A stretch of DNA of 42,980 nucleotides from Candidatus Micrarchaeota archaeon (GCA_038046805.1 JBBSVO010000006.1:1-42980); one strand, 5' to 3'. Numbered from the stretch's first letter, positions 26,796 through 35,522 are shown. Notes: generated by a model from the letters alone, not told the origin. A program made the numbers and translations.

Positions 26796-27890
26796 CGCGC
26801 CCGGGGTAATCATCCTCGTCGGCCTGTCCATGTGCCCGTGCTTTGATAAGAACCTCTCGAGTCCAGACGTCCTGAGTCTTGCACCCAATTGTTTTAGTTC
26901 TGCATCACTCTTGGCAGAAAGATAACGGTTCACAAACGAATGAATGAATAAATCCGCACCGAATTTTGCCCGCCATTTGATTTCATATCCAAGCGGATTA
27001 TCAAAATTCTCTCCGGCAATGCGTGCGCAATTTCCTCCTATTATTACTCCTCCACCAGTCGTGCTTTTTGTTTGTCCTGCCGCATCCCCAACTAACAAGA
27101 CGTTCTTTCCGTTCCTGCGCATCGCGGTTCTCTTTCTAGTTTCAATCGGAATAATTGCGCATTTAACCGTCGCGTGTCCGCCTTTGTTCCTTTCACCATT
27201 TATGTTTTTGTTCCGCACGATATTTTTCATTTTCAGGAGGAGATCTAGCGCATCCATCACGTTCGTTCCGCGATTTAGAATTTTTATTCCGCATCCGAAT
27301 TCTGCTTTCTCCTCATTGTGGGGAATGACCCAGCCAAAGAATCCGGGAAACATGGAATTCGAAAGAAATACTTCGACCATGTGTGGGTCTTCGGCCGCAT
27401 ATCGCACAGTAGTTTGCGCGGTTGCAACAAATTTTCCTATCTTCGGAAATCCAAAACTTCTCGCAACAAAAGAGTTTGGTCCATCCGCTCCGATAATATT
27501 ATCGGTTTTGAATCTGTCTACAATGCCGGTGCTTATCCGCTCGCCATATCTTATTTCCGCACCTTCCTTTTCTGCATTTTCAGCAATCCTTAAGTCAAGC
27601 AATGCCCGATTGCACACGTGTGCCACGGCATTTTTTCTTTTCACGGTTATTTTTTCACCGCACAAATCGATTACAGCACCACAAATATCATTAATCACAG
27701 TTCCACGATAATCAACATAATCTCGAAGTGTTTCCAATCCGTCAACAGAAAATAATCCAGAGCAATTGGCCGGAACTCCAACGCATTCATGTTCTTCAGA
27801 AATAGTTACCCTCGCGTTGTGCTTTCTTATCGCGCTTAACGCCGCAACACAGCCGGCCGGTCCGGCACCAATCACATGAAGGTCATGCAT
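26751..27890 (-). CDS. Geranylgeranyl reductase family FAD-dependent oxidoreductase
   Basis: VIGAGPAG, CSGL, IIGADG, PGFFGWVIP, LVGDAAGQ..STTGGG. Confidence 0.88.
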   Translation of the reverse strand: MHDLHVIGAGPAGCVAALSAIRKHNARVTISEEHECVGVPANCSGLFSVDGLETLRDYVDYRGTVINDICGAVIDLCGEKITVKRKNAVAHVCNRALLDLRIAENAEKEGAEIRYGERISTGIVDRFKTDNIIGADGPNSFVARSFGFPKIGKFVATAQTTVRYAAEDPHMVEVFLSNSMFPGFFGWVIPHNEEKAEFGCGIKILNRGTNVMDALDLLLKMKNIVRNKNINGERNKGGHATVKCAIIPIETRKRTAMRRNGKNVLLVGDAAGQTKSTTGGGVIIGGNCARIAGENFDNPLGYEIKWRAKFGADLFIHSFVNRYLSAKSDAELKQLGARLRTSGLERFLSKHGHMDRPTRMITPGALGRLLGNAWGLRGI

Positions 27891-29157
27891 TCTTCCTCAC
27901 CATCAAAACAGCAAATAGGGTCGCAAGCATCACAAATACAGTTCCGCAAACCGATGGTATCTCAAATTTTTTCGCATTATCTCCGGGAATATCCTCCTTC
28001 GTATCTTTCCCATCCTTTACTATTACCAAATTGTCCTTTACCACGTAATCGTTCACAGTTACTCTCAAAGGTATGTTATACACAAACCCATCTTTCATTT
28101 TTCCTTTATCTAATATATATCTAAATATCTTTTCTTCATCCGGCTCCAAAAGAAGAAGGCGTTCTTCAACTAAGCCAAATTCCGGTGGAGACGCAACTTC
28201 ATACGTTACAAATACAAATTTGTCTTTTTTGTTATGAAGCGTAACTGTTATCGAATAATCGCTTTCATTGAATGAGTGCTGTAAATCAACGAGTTTTTCA
28301 GGGCTTGCCTCACTTGAGAGAACCTTCAACTCTTCGGTTGAATCAAATTTTATCGTCTTATCCGAGATTATTTTATCCACAACGCCCTCCTGGTCCTCAC
28401 TGTAAAACATCATAACGTGCGAGTTATCCAGTGTCCCCGCTTCATTAAATGTAGCGTCAATCGGAAGCCAGCCATACTTTGGCACAAATACTTCTACCCA
28501 CGAATGCGGCTGCCATTCTTTACTCATTACATAACCCGAAATATATCTAGTTTTTATTCCAAGAGATTTTGCAAATGAAATAAACAGATGTGAATACTCC
28601 ACGCACACTCCGCGTCTATCTCTGAAAACAACCTTCGCCGGAACATTTTTTCCGAAATAACCTATATCATATGTTATGTAATCATGTACCCATTCTGTGA
28701 TATTTCGAACAGTATTCAAGAGCGAACTGCGTTCTGCAAGTGATTCTGCAGTTTCTTTCATTTCTTTAGTGTACGCAGTAAACGTTTGCCCTTCAATCTC
28801 GTTTTCATCTACATTACTATCTGCATCAGGCGGAACCCCGTTTTTGTAAAATACCTCGACAATAGCAGTTGCCTTCAGGATTTTCTTTTTTCCATTAATC
28901 GTTCCATTGTATCTGGCTTTTATTGCACCATCCTTGTCATAAAAAATTTTCATTCCTTCACTTAATTCAATTTCCTTCACAACCTGGTGCGTGCTCCCAT
29001 TTATAATAAAAATTCCGTCAAGTTCGATATGAGTCCCATCATTCTCGGCTTCTATAGTCCATGTCTTTTCCAGAGAAATCACTGATGGTCCATAGAGTGG
29101 AGATGCATTTAGCAAACCTATCATAACAAATGTCAAAACAATCAGAAAAATCTTCAT
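27883..29157 (-). CDS. Surface-anchored transglutaminase-like (Cys-His-Asp) protein
   Basis: Signal peptide MKIFLIV (TAATG coupling to purD), RGVCVEYSHLF, HSWVEVF, WLPIDAT, C-terminal CG + TM + RK. Confidence 0.85.
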   Translation of the reverse strand: MKIFLIVLTFVMIGLLNASPLYGPSVISLEKTWTIEAENDGTHIELDGIFIINGSTHQVVKEIELSEGMKIFYDKDGAIKARYNGTINGKKKILKATAIVEVFYKNGVPPDADSNVDENEIEGQTFTAYTKEMKETAESLAERSSLLNTVRNITEWVHDYITYDIGYFGKNVPAKVVFRDRRGVCVEYSHLFISFAKSLGIKTRYISGYVMSKEWQPHSWVEVFVPKYGWLPIDATFNEAGTLDNSHVMMFYSEDQEGVVDKIISDKTIKFDSTEELKVLSSEASPEKLVDLQHSFNESDYSITVTLHNKKDKFVFVTYEVASPPEFGLVEERLLLLEPDEEKIFRYILDKGKMKDGFVYNIPLRVTVNDYVVKDNLVIVKDGKDTKEDIPGDNAKKFEIPSVCGTVFVMLATLFAVLMVRKNA

Positions 29158-30455
29158 TATTTCCCCCGTATACTTTTCATGTGCTCTATGCGCTTTCTTA
29201 TAAGATCTGCGGTTCCGATATCTTTCCTGTGCCATACTGGCCCAATTATGTGCTTGCATGCGCGTTCTGCTTTTTGCTCTGCGTCTTCTATTCTTTCTGC
29301 AATTGCCATGACCCCGATTGATCTGGATTTCGTCGTGTATATTTCTCCATCATTTTCATATACTGAAGCGTAATATGCCTTTGCTCCTTCTGCAGCTATT
29401 GATGCTTTGTCTATATGTATCACAGAGTCATTGATTGGTTGTTCCGGGTAGCCATCCGGGACCAGGTATTTAACCACTGTGGCAAATTCTGAAAATTTTA
29501 CAGTTCCCAGATTTCCATCAGCTATTGAGAGAAGAACTTCTGATATCTGGCTTTCCATAACACCCAGAACGTTCATTGCTTCCGGGTCTCCAAATCTAGC
29601 ATTAAATTCTATGACCCGTATCCCGTCTTTCACTGCCATGAATTGACCGTACAATATTCCTTTGAATGGATTTCCCTCTTTTTTCAATGCATGGACAACC
29701 TCGCGCATTATTTTTTCTGCGGTTTCAAGATCGCTTTGCTCCATGAATGGAAGAAGTTTGCCTGTTGAATATGCTCCCATACCACCCGTATTTTCTCCAC
29801 GGTCCTGTTCAAATGCTCTCTTGTGGTCCTGCACCGGGGGCATTGTGCTTACGCGAGTTCCATCGCAGAATACCTGAAGGCTGAATTCTTCGCCATCTAG
29901 TTTTTCTTCAATGAGGATATTACCGTCTTTTTTTAGTATATCTGTAACGTACTCTCCTGCTTCTTCAATTGTTGTAAAATGATCCCCACTAATTTTTACA
30001 CCCTTCCCGCCGGTCAAACCAAGAGGCTTTATTGCGACCTCACCATAGTCTCGCATTATTCTTTTTGCATCATCTTCACTACCAACGATTTCAAATTTCG
30101 GCACACCATTTATTTTGTAGTTTCGCATGAGCGTTCGCATATACCCCTTATCCCACTCAATTCGTGCCGCTGCTTTTGTAGGAGATGCCGTAAGTATTCC
30201 AGCATCTGCAAGCGCATCACTCACTCCTGCTGCAAGAACTGCGTCAGGGCTTGCAAATCCAATATCTATTTCTTTTCCTCGTACACATTCTACGATCTTC
30301 TGCGGGTCACAAATATCACAAATCCAGAATTCCTTTGAAAGAGAAGCTATCGCTGGATTTTTTTTAGACATTATTGTGTAGAGTTCTGCTTCTGCGGCTA
30401 TTTTTTCAGCAATGGCATGTTCTCTTGCTCCATTACCAACCAATAAAATTTTCAT
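29157..30455 (-). CDS. purD: Phosphoribosylamine-glycine ligase
   Basis: MKILLVGNGAREHA, GLTGGKGV, EEKLDGEEFS, QDHKR, NTGGMG, EFNARFGDPE. Confidence 0.95.
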   Translation of the reverse strand: MKILLVGNGAREHAIAEKIAAEAELYTIMSKKNPAIASLSKEFWICDICDPQKIVECVRGKEIDIGFASPDAVLAAGVSDALADAGILTASPTKAAARIEWDKGYMRTLMRNYKINGVPKFEIVGSEDDAKRIMRDYGEVAIKPLGLTGGKGVKISGDHFTTIEEAGEYVTDILKKDGNILIEEKLDGEEFSLQVFCDGTRVSTMPPVQDHKRAFEQDRGENTGGMGAYSTGKLLPFMEQSDLETAEKIMREVVHALKKEGNPFKGILYGQFMAVKDGIRVIEFNARFGDPEAMNVLGVMESQISEVLLSIADGNLGTVKFSEFATVVKYLVPDGYPEQPINDSVIHIDKASIAAEGAKAYYASVYENDGEIYTTKSRSIGVMAIAERIEDAEQKAERACKHIIGPVWHRKDIGTADLIRKRIEHMKSIRGK

Positions 30456-30533
30456 AAATGCCACCAAATATAATTCGTTCGTAGTTGAGATTGGTATCGC
30501 ATTCTTTATTAATCTTATTTTCGTTATAGTCGC

Positions 30534-30938
30534 ATGACCCAGTTCAAGCAAAACCTCCTTTATGCCGTATCATTGATATTATTGTTGTATCTCATTGGCG
30601 CACTAGTCTATCATAATATCGAAGGTTGGTCATTTCTTGATGCAATATATTTTCTTACAGTTACATTTGCAACTGTTGGTTATGGCGATATAACCCCAAA
30701 GACAGATATAGGTAAAATGTTCACAATTGTTATCGCATGGGTAGGTATTTCCACTGGTCTTTACCTTCTTTATACTATCTCATCTTATCGGGAACATGTA
30801 TTCGATGAACGTTTGAAAAGAATTGGAACCCCTGTTTACAAATCAATAATGCCCAAATTCGGGGAGCCGGTAAGCTCTCTTGGCGGGGTATCCGTGGCCA
30901 GGAACAGGACTGCCTATCCGCAAATGGGTCGGAAATGA
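30534..30938 (+). CDS. Two-TM potassium channel
   Basis: EGWSFLDAIYFLTVTFATVGYGDITP selectivity filter. Confidence 0.92.
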   Translation: MTQFKQNLLYAVSLILLLYLIGALVYHNIEGWSFLDAIYFLTVTFATVGYGDITPKTDIGKMFTIVIAWVGISTGLYLLYTISSYREHVFDERLKRIGTPVYKSIMPKFGEPVSSLGGVSVARNRTAYPQMGRK

Positions 30939-31648
30939 GGACGATGGGTTCGGAATTGGAAAATGAGATTTTTTTCCGCAACCGCGGTACAACCTCTATC
31001 TCAGAGCAGCGTAAGCTGAGTTGCACAGTAATTGGAATTGTTGGTCTTGGTGGCACAGGTGGTTTTGCCCTGGAATCACTTGCCCGTTGCGGTGTCGGTT
31101 CGTTTGTTCTTTTTGATTTTGATAGGATTGAACTTTCAAATTTTAACAGGCAGCTTCTTGCGACCATGTCGTCAGTTGATGAGGAGAAAACTCAAATCGC
31201 GGAGAAACGGATAAAATCCATCAATCCAAACGCGAAGATTATATCATATCCGAAAAAATTCGTTCCTGCGGATTTCAAAAAACTTTTTGGTTGCGATATT
31301 GTGCTTGACTGCTCGGACAATGTTGAAACTCATCTCGCTATCGCAAAAGCGTGTGGAAAACTCAAAATCCCGTTCGTTTTTTGTTCCGCATCAAATGCTT
31401 CCGGGTTGTGTTCAGTGTTCTATCCATCTGTTGATTTCCGCAAGATTATGCAACTTCCAAAAAACAAAACAAGGCTTTCTCAATACAACAAATGCACGAG
31501 TATCATCGCTCCAGCCGTAGCGCTTTCCGGGACTCTTGCAGCATCCCAGTCCATAAATTTTACCATCGGAAAGCCGCACGTTCGCGCACCAGATTTCATT
31601 TTTTTCGATCTGTTCAAAAAGGAGATCCTATGGAAAAAAAGACTGTGA
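30935..31648 (+). CDS. ThiF/MoeB/E1-like adenylyltransferase
   Basis: GLGGTG, DFDRIELSNFNRQ, DCSDN. Confidence 0.88.
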   Translation: MRTMGSELENEIFFRNRGTTSISEQRKLSCTVIGIVGLGGTGGFALESLARCGVGSFVLFDFDRIELSNFNRQLLATMSSVDEEKTQIAEKRIKSINPNAKIISYPKKFVPADFKKLFGCDIVLDCSDNVETHLAIAKACGKLKIPFVFCSASNASGLCSVFYPSVDFRKIMQLPKNKTRLSQYNKCTSIIAPAVALSGTLAASQSINFTIGKPHVRAPDFIFFDLFKKEILWKKRL

Positions 31649-31938
31649 CAGACGAACGCAGAACAGGAGCGAAATTTTACACAGTTGAACCATGTGCCAG
31701 TTCCAATGCCTATGAAATAAAATTGCGGGACAAAAAAATAAATCTCGATCATGTGAATATTGGCGAAACGATTGCCAAAACTCCTGCAGTTCTGGTATCC
31801 AAATTCGAAAACTGTTCGCTAAGCATTTACGCAAGCGGAAGGATAATGATTAAAGGGATTGGCAAAGAGAAGGCTAATGCGGATTCGATTTCCGAAAAAA
31901 TAATTTCAGAATTGGAGTGTTCCGGTGCTTTGATATGA
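31645..31938 (+). CDS. Small protein resembling the TBP-like C-terminal domain of long MoeB/ThiF proteins
   Basis: GTGA overlap with the ThiF stop (alternative ATG 31630); SLSIYASGRIMIKG motif. Confidence 0.6.
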   Translation: MTDERRTGAKFYTVEPCASSNAYEIKLRDKKINLDHVNIGETIAKTPAVLVSKFENCSLSIYASGRIMIKGIGKEKANADSISEKIISELECSGALI

Positions 31939-32636
31939 AAATGGATTTCCACGTGCATACGAAGTATTCCGTAGATTCTTTGAATGAGCCACAGGAAATC
32001 ATGGATACGTGTCGCAAACTCGGTTTAATCCCAGCGATAACTGATCATTCCTCTATTTCTTCGTTTAAGGAGTTTCGCTCGCTTGGATTCAAATTTATTC
32101 AGGGGGAGGAATGCCTTACCGCAGAGCGCTTTGACCTGACCGCGCTTTATGTCACCGAATTCATCAAGCCAAAAATTCCGTTTCTTGAATGCCTTGATAT
32201 AATCAAGTCTCAGGGTGCGCTTAGCTATATCCCGCATATGTGCGATACAACCCGCCATGGAAGCGGTTGCCTCCCAGGTGCTGAAAAAGCAGACATTATC
32301 GAGGTTTTCAATGCAAGGTGCATGACCAGAGGCTTTAACCAGAAGGCGTTTGAGTTCGCGAAAAAGAACAAGAAGCCAATGGGTGCCGGAAGCGATGCGC
32401 ATTTTATTTTTGAAATAGGAAATGCATATGTTGAAATGGAAGATTTTGATATTGATGATCCAAAGGCATTGCTCACTGCATTGAAAAAAGGTAAAATCTC
32501 CGGCAGGTACGCGCCATTATATGTCCGCGGGACAACAAGCCTGATAAAATTTGCAAAGAGGACTTTTGGTTTTGAAAAAGAATTTGTCCTCAGCAAGAAC
32601 CCTGATTCGTTCTTGTCTGGCATTTTATTAAAATAA
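31935..32636 (+). CDS. PHP-family metal-dependent phosphoesterase
   Basis: DFHVHT, AITDH, GEE, PH, EVFN, GSDAH; ATGA overlap with the upstream gene. Confidence 0.9.
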   Translation: MKMDFHVHTKYSVDSLNEPQEIMDTCRKLGLIPAITDHSSISSFKEFRSLGFKFIQGEECLTAERFDLTALYVTEFIKPKIPFLECLDIIKSQGALSYIPHMCDTTRHGSGCLPGAEKADIIEVFNARCMTRGFNQKAFEFAKKNKKPMGAGSDAHFIFEIGNAYVEMEDFDIDDPKALLTALKKGKISGRYAPLYVRGTTSLIKFAKRTFGFEKEFVLSKNPDSFLSGILLK

Positions 32637-32647
32637 ATTGCCATCCG

Positions 32648-32672
32648 AGTGAACTCACTTCATTCGTTCACT
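32648..32672. repeat. Tandem-GA hairpin downstream of tRNA-Met
   Basis: Minus strand AGTGAAC-GA-AT-GAA-GT-GA-GTTCACT. Confidence 0.55.
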
Positions 32673-32695
32673 TCTGTCATTTTTCTGAAGAAAAA

Positions 32696-32910
32696 TGCCA
32701 AGGGAGGGATTCGAACCCTCGGACCTCCAGATTTCTTAGAACGCACTAATTTATCATCGCCTTGCGGCTCATAACTCATATAGCTGTGCTTATGAGTCTG
32801 GCGCTCTACGCATATCAGAGCCTCGTGACTAGTGCTTCTTCAGGGCTTTTCGGTGAAGCGTTTTGCCCTTGGGTTTCAGTAGTCAAAAGGCTCAGCTGAG
32901 CTACCTTGGC
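32696..32910 (-). tRNA. Elongator tRNA-Met(CAT) with two introns: D-loop 32813-32893 (81 nt) and 37/38 32733-32790 (58 nt)
   Basis: GCCAAGG/CCTTGGC acceptor, A73, anticodon stem CCAGA/TCTGG, loop CT-CAT-A, T-arm GAGGG-TTCGAAT-CCCTC; D-loop BHB TCAG/CTGA; relaxed anticodon BHB CTCA/TAAG. Confidence 0.8.
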
Positions 32911-32968
32911 AAACGAGCATGAGCGAGTTTGCTTAGGTTTATTGGCAGCAGCCAATCAAACCTTGGCA
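32903..32968. repeat. 9-bp direct repeat of the tRNA-Met 5' end flanking two hairpins
   Basis: ACCTTGGCA at 32903-32911 and 32960-32968. Confidence 0.65.
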
Positions 32969-33061
32969 GATAACTAAATACTTTTCTGTCCCGTTTCGTT
33001 TTAAACTATTGAGGATTGCATTCCAAAACCTTTATAAACACGCTTTGTTACAATATATAAC

Positions 33062-34174
33062 ATGAGTAACCTTAGATTTAAGACTAAATTTCAAGTTGCA
33101 ATGGTTTGCTCTGCGGCAATGCTTTCATCATTCGTTTTTGTCAAACCTGTTTCCGAAGAACTTAAATCAGGAAATGCAAAGGCCGGACAGTTTTTATCAG
33201 AGCTGAAAACTGATCGCATGAGTGAAAGATATGCTCATGTCGGGCAGGCAGGTGGTCCGGATCATTGGATTGCAAGAAGTAGAGTTGCGAACGGCATGAG
33301 TAGTGCAGACAGGGCCAATTTAGAATATTCTAAGATATGCCCAGTAATACGGTCTGGTGATCTAAGAGCTGATGGCACCAACGTGATGTTTCGTGCAGTT
33401 AACCCAGAGAAGCAGGATAGCCTGGGAAAAGCGACATCCAGAACAGCAAAACTTTGCAGATCGTTGTCTGATTCAGCTTTACAGGATTTAGAAACAAAAT
33501 ATACTCTCTTCCTACAAAGGGTTTCCGAGGAGGAAAATAACATTGCGCAAGCGGAAGTAAATGCCACGGCATCGATTTCTGCTCATGACCAAGAACATTC
33601 GCGTTACACCGGAGAATTGCTTTTGGCCGCGGTTGAAACCTTTTTGGCAGGTGCATTCGCATTTTTCTTTTCAAATCCGCTTTCCCGATTATTCGCAAGG
33701 AGAAGGGAAGATGACGGGAAAAAATCAGGAGGACTGAAAGGTGTTCGTGTTCTGGACCAGTTCGAAGAGGTAGGGATTGTTGTTCCAATAAGAACCGATA
33801 ATGCAAGTGGATTTTGCAATTCAAGCCCTATGGCAGGAATAGTGACGACCGGAAATGCGGCAGTTATTCCGATTTCGTTAACAGTTCGGTCTACCCAACG
33901 TATCAAACGTCCAGAAAAATCACCAGAAGAAAAAGGTAGGGGCGCCATCGCCGCCATTTTCGGGGCAGAACGTGTAGATAAGATGATTGAAATCATAGAA
34001 TTGGTTGAGCCTGGAGCGGAAATAGTCGCGCGTTTGGGTAAAGCTCGCAATCCAGTGAAAACCGCAAAAATCTGGTTTAAGGCCAGCCGAACTGTCAACT
34101 GCTACGGGTCATATGTTGGGAATTGGTATTTTGAAGCTCTTGGGATTAACAGAGAAGAAGGCGCATCAAGATGA
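33062..34174 (+). CDS. Hypothetical membrane protein
   Basis: 370 aa, N-terminal hydrophobic segment and internal TM; TTTATAAA box upstream, likely leaderless. Confidence 0.65.
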   Translation: MSNLRFKTKFQVAMVCSAAMLSSFVFVKPVSEELKSGNAKAGQFLSELKTDRMSERYAHVGQAGGPDHWIARSRVANGMSSADRANLEYSKICPVIRSGDLRADGTNVMFRAVNPEKQDSLGKATSRTAKLCRSLSDSALQDLETKYTLFLQRVSEEENNIAQAEVNATASISAHDQEHSRYTGELLLAAVETFLAGAFAFFFSNPLSRLFARRREDDGKKSGGLKGVRVLDQFEEVGIVVPIRTDNASGFCNSSPMAGIVTTGNAAVIPISLTVRSTQRIKRPEKSPEEKGRGAIAAIFGAERVDKMIEIIELVEPGAEIVARLGKARNPVKTAKIWFKASRTVNCYGSYVGNWYFEALGINREEGASR

Positions 34175-34836
34175 AATTCTGCGAGATCGGAGTTTACCAC
34201 CATGACTGCTGGTTTACGGATGCAATAACCAGATTTCCTGAGATGTCTATAAGGGAAACAAGCTCACGAGTTTGCAATTCTGATTCTGGAATAAAAGTCA
34301 ACAAGGCAAGCTACAGGATATCCTCTCAGGATGAGATGATGTTGCACGATTTTTTGAGCCGCATTTCGCAGGGTGGAAGGATTTTGGAGGCGAAAACCCT
34401 AAGTATTACCGGCAATTCTGCAATTATCGAAGTTTCCTGGAAAGCCGCCCGGACCTCATACGATTCAGTTCTTGGAAGCGGATGTTCTGTTACTTCTTCA
34501 TGCTATGCCAAGGATGGATACGAAACATATTCGATGTTCGCGGAAAAGCCAACGGACATAAAAAAACTTCTTGATGAGCTAGAGCAGATTGGTGAAACAA
34601 AAATATTCTCGATCAAAAACTCGGCAGTTTCAAAACAGAGTTTCGGCCTCACACCAAAGCAAAGGCATGCATTGGTCTCCGCGATTTCAATGGGATATTA
34701 CGAATGGCCAAAGAAAGCTAATCTCGAGGAGCTTGCTGCGAAACTCGGTGTAAAACGCAGGACGTTGCAGGAAAACCTGAGAAAGGCAGAGAGCAAACTT
34801 CTTCCGAAATTGCTGGACGAACTTTCGGCGGATTAG
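34171..34836 (+). CDS. Bat/HTH_10-type archaeal transcriptional regulator
   Basis: N-terminal HHDCW and C-terminal LTPKQRHALVSAISMGYYEWPKKANLEELAAKLGVKRRTLQENLRKAESKL. Confidence 0.88.
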   Translation: MKFCEIGVYHHDCWFTDAITRFPEMSIRETSSRVCNSDSGIKVNKASYRISSQDEMMLHDFLSRISQGGRILEAKTLSITGNSAIIEVSWKAARTSYDSVLGSGCSVTSSCYAKDGYETYSMFAEKPTDIKKLLDELEQIGETKIFSIKNSAVSKQSFGLTPKQRHALVSAISMGYYEWPKKANLEELAAKLGVKRRTLQENLRKAESKLLPKLLDELSAD

Positions 34837-35522
34837 GAATCGGGTTCCCGCATCTTAAGAATTAATTCCAGATGCTTCTGAAAAATTCTGTTGTCAATAC
34901 GCCCATAAACTCCCTGCAAATTGTCCTTGAATTGTTTGTTTGAAACCTTTTCCCATATCTTTTCGTATTGTTTACTAAAGTTGAGCCTTAGCCCAATCTC
35001 GTTTCTTACCCATCCAAAATCCTTTATTGCGGTTGCCATCATAAAGATGTCCCGCATGTCAGTTGTTCTTGCACGTATGAATTTCATGGCAAATAATGCA
35101 TCAGCACCGATTATCCTCGCGCTTATTTTTTCTGACATTGTTTTCCCAATAATGGTTCTTTTTGATGAATTTCCGAATATCCAGTTCGCATCAAACGAGA
35201 CTCCGGTTTGCCTGTCGGTTACCTTATCAATCATTATATCCACGCTCGCGTGGATATTCTCTGCAACTTGTTTCTCAAACCTGGAAAACTCTCCATGGTA
35301 TGGTACTAACGCGTTGCTTTCCACGGCAACGTAGCCTTCATTTTTCAGCACTCTTTCCACATCCGGCACGTCCTTTTTTCTTATGACGATGTCACAATCT
35401 TCTGAAAATCTTGGCAAGGCATAGGAATTGACGGCATATCCTCCTATCAATACGAATTCTATTTCACCGAGCCTTTTGAGAACTCTGAAGATTTCGGTTT
35501 CACGCAGTTGCATTCTGTCCAT
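34833..35522 (-). CDS. Nucleotidyltransferase, AbiEii-like (type IV TA toxin)
   Basis: FVLIGGYAV...RFSEDCDI, VDI, LFAMKF..RTTDMRD. Confidence 0.75.
   Translation of the reverse strand: MDRMQLRETEIFRVLKRLGEIEFVLIGGYAVNSYALPRFSEDCDIVIRKKDVPDVERVLKNEGYVAVESNALVPYHGEFSRFEKQVAENIHASVDIMIDKVTDRQTGVSFDANWIFGNSSKRTIIGKTMSEKISARIIGADALFAMKFIRARTTDMRDIFMMATAIKDFGWVRNEIGLRLNFSKQYEKIWEKVSNKQFKDNLQGVYGRIDNRIFQKHLELILKMREPDS

Noticed and set aside
26944..27711. Long antisense ORFs (e.g. 26944..27711+, 19506..20051+, 22832..23383+, 15659..16198-)
   Set aside because: Shadow frames opposite longer, better-supported genes; no motifs of their own
29158..30551. Extended starts for purD (30551) and the transglutaminase-like gene (29259)
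   Set aside because: Family N-termini and translational coupling support ATG 30455 and ATG 29157
32696..32910. tRNA-Ile2(CAT) or initiator tRNA-Met
   Set aside because: The GCC-starting acceptor and CCAGA anticodon stem lack the initiator A1-U72 and GGG/CCC features and the usual Ile GGGCC start
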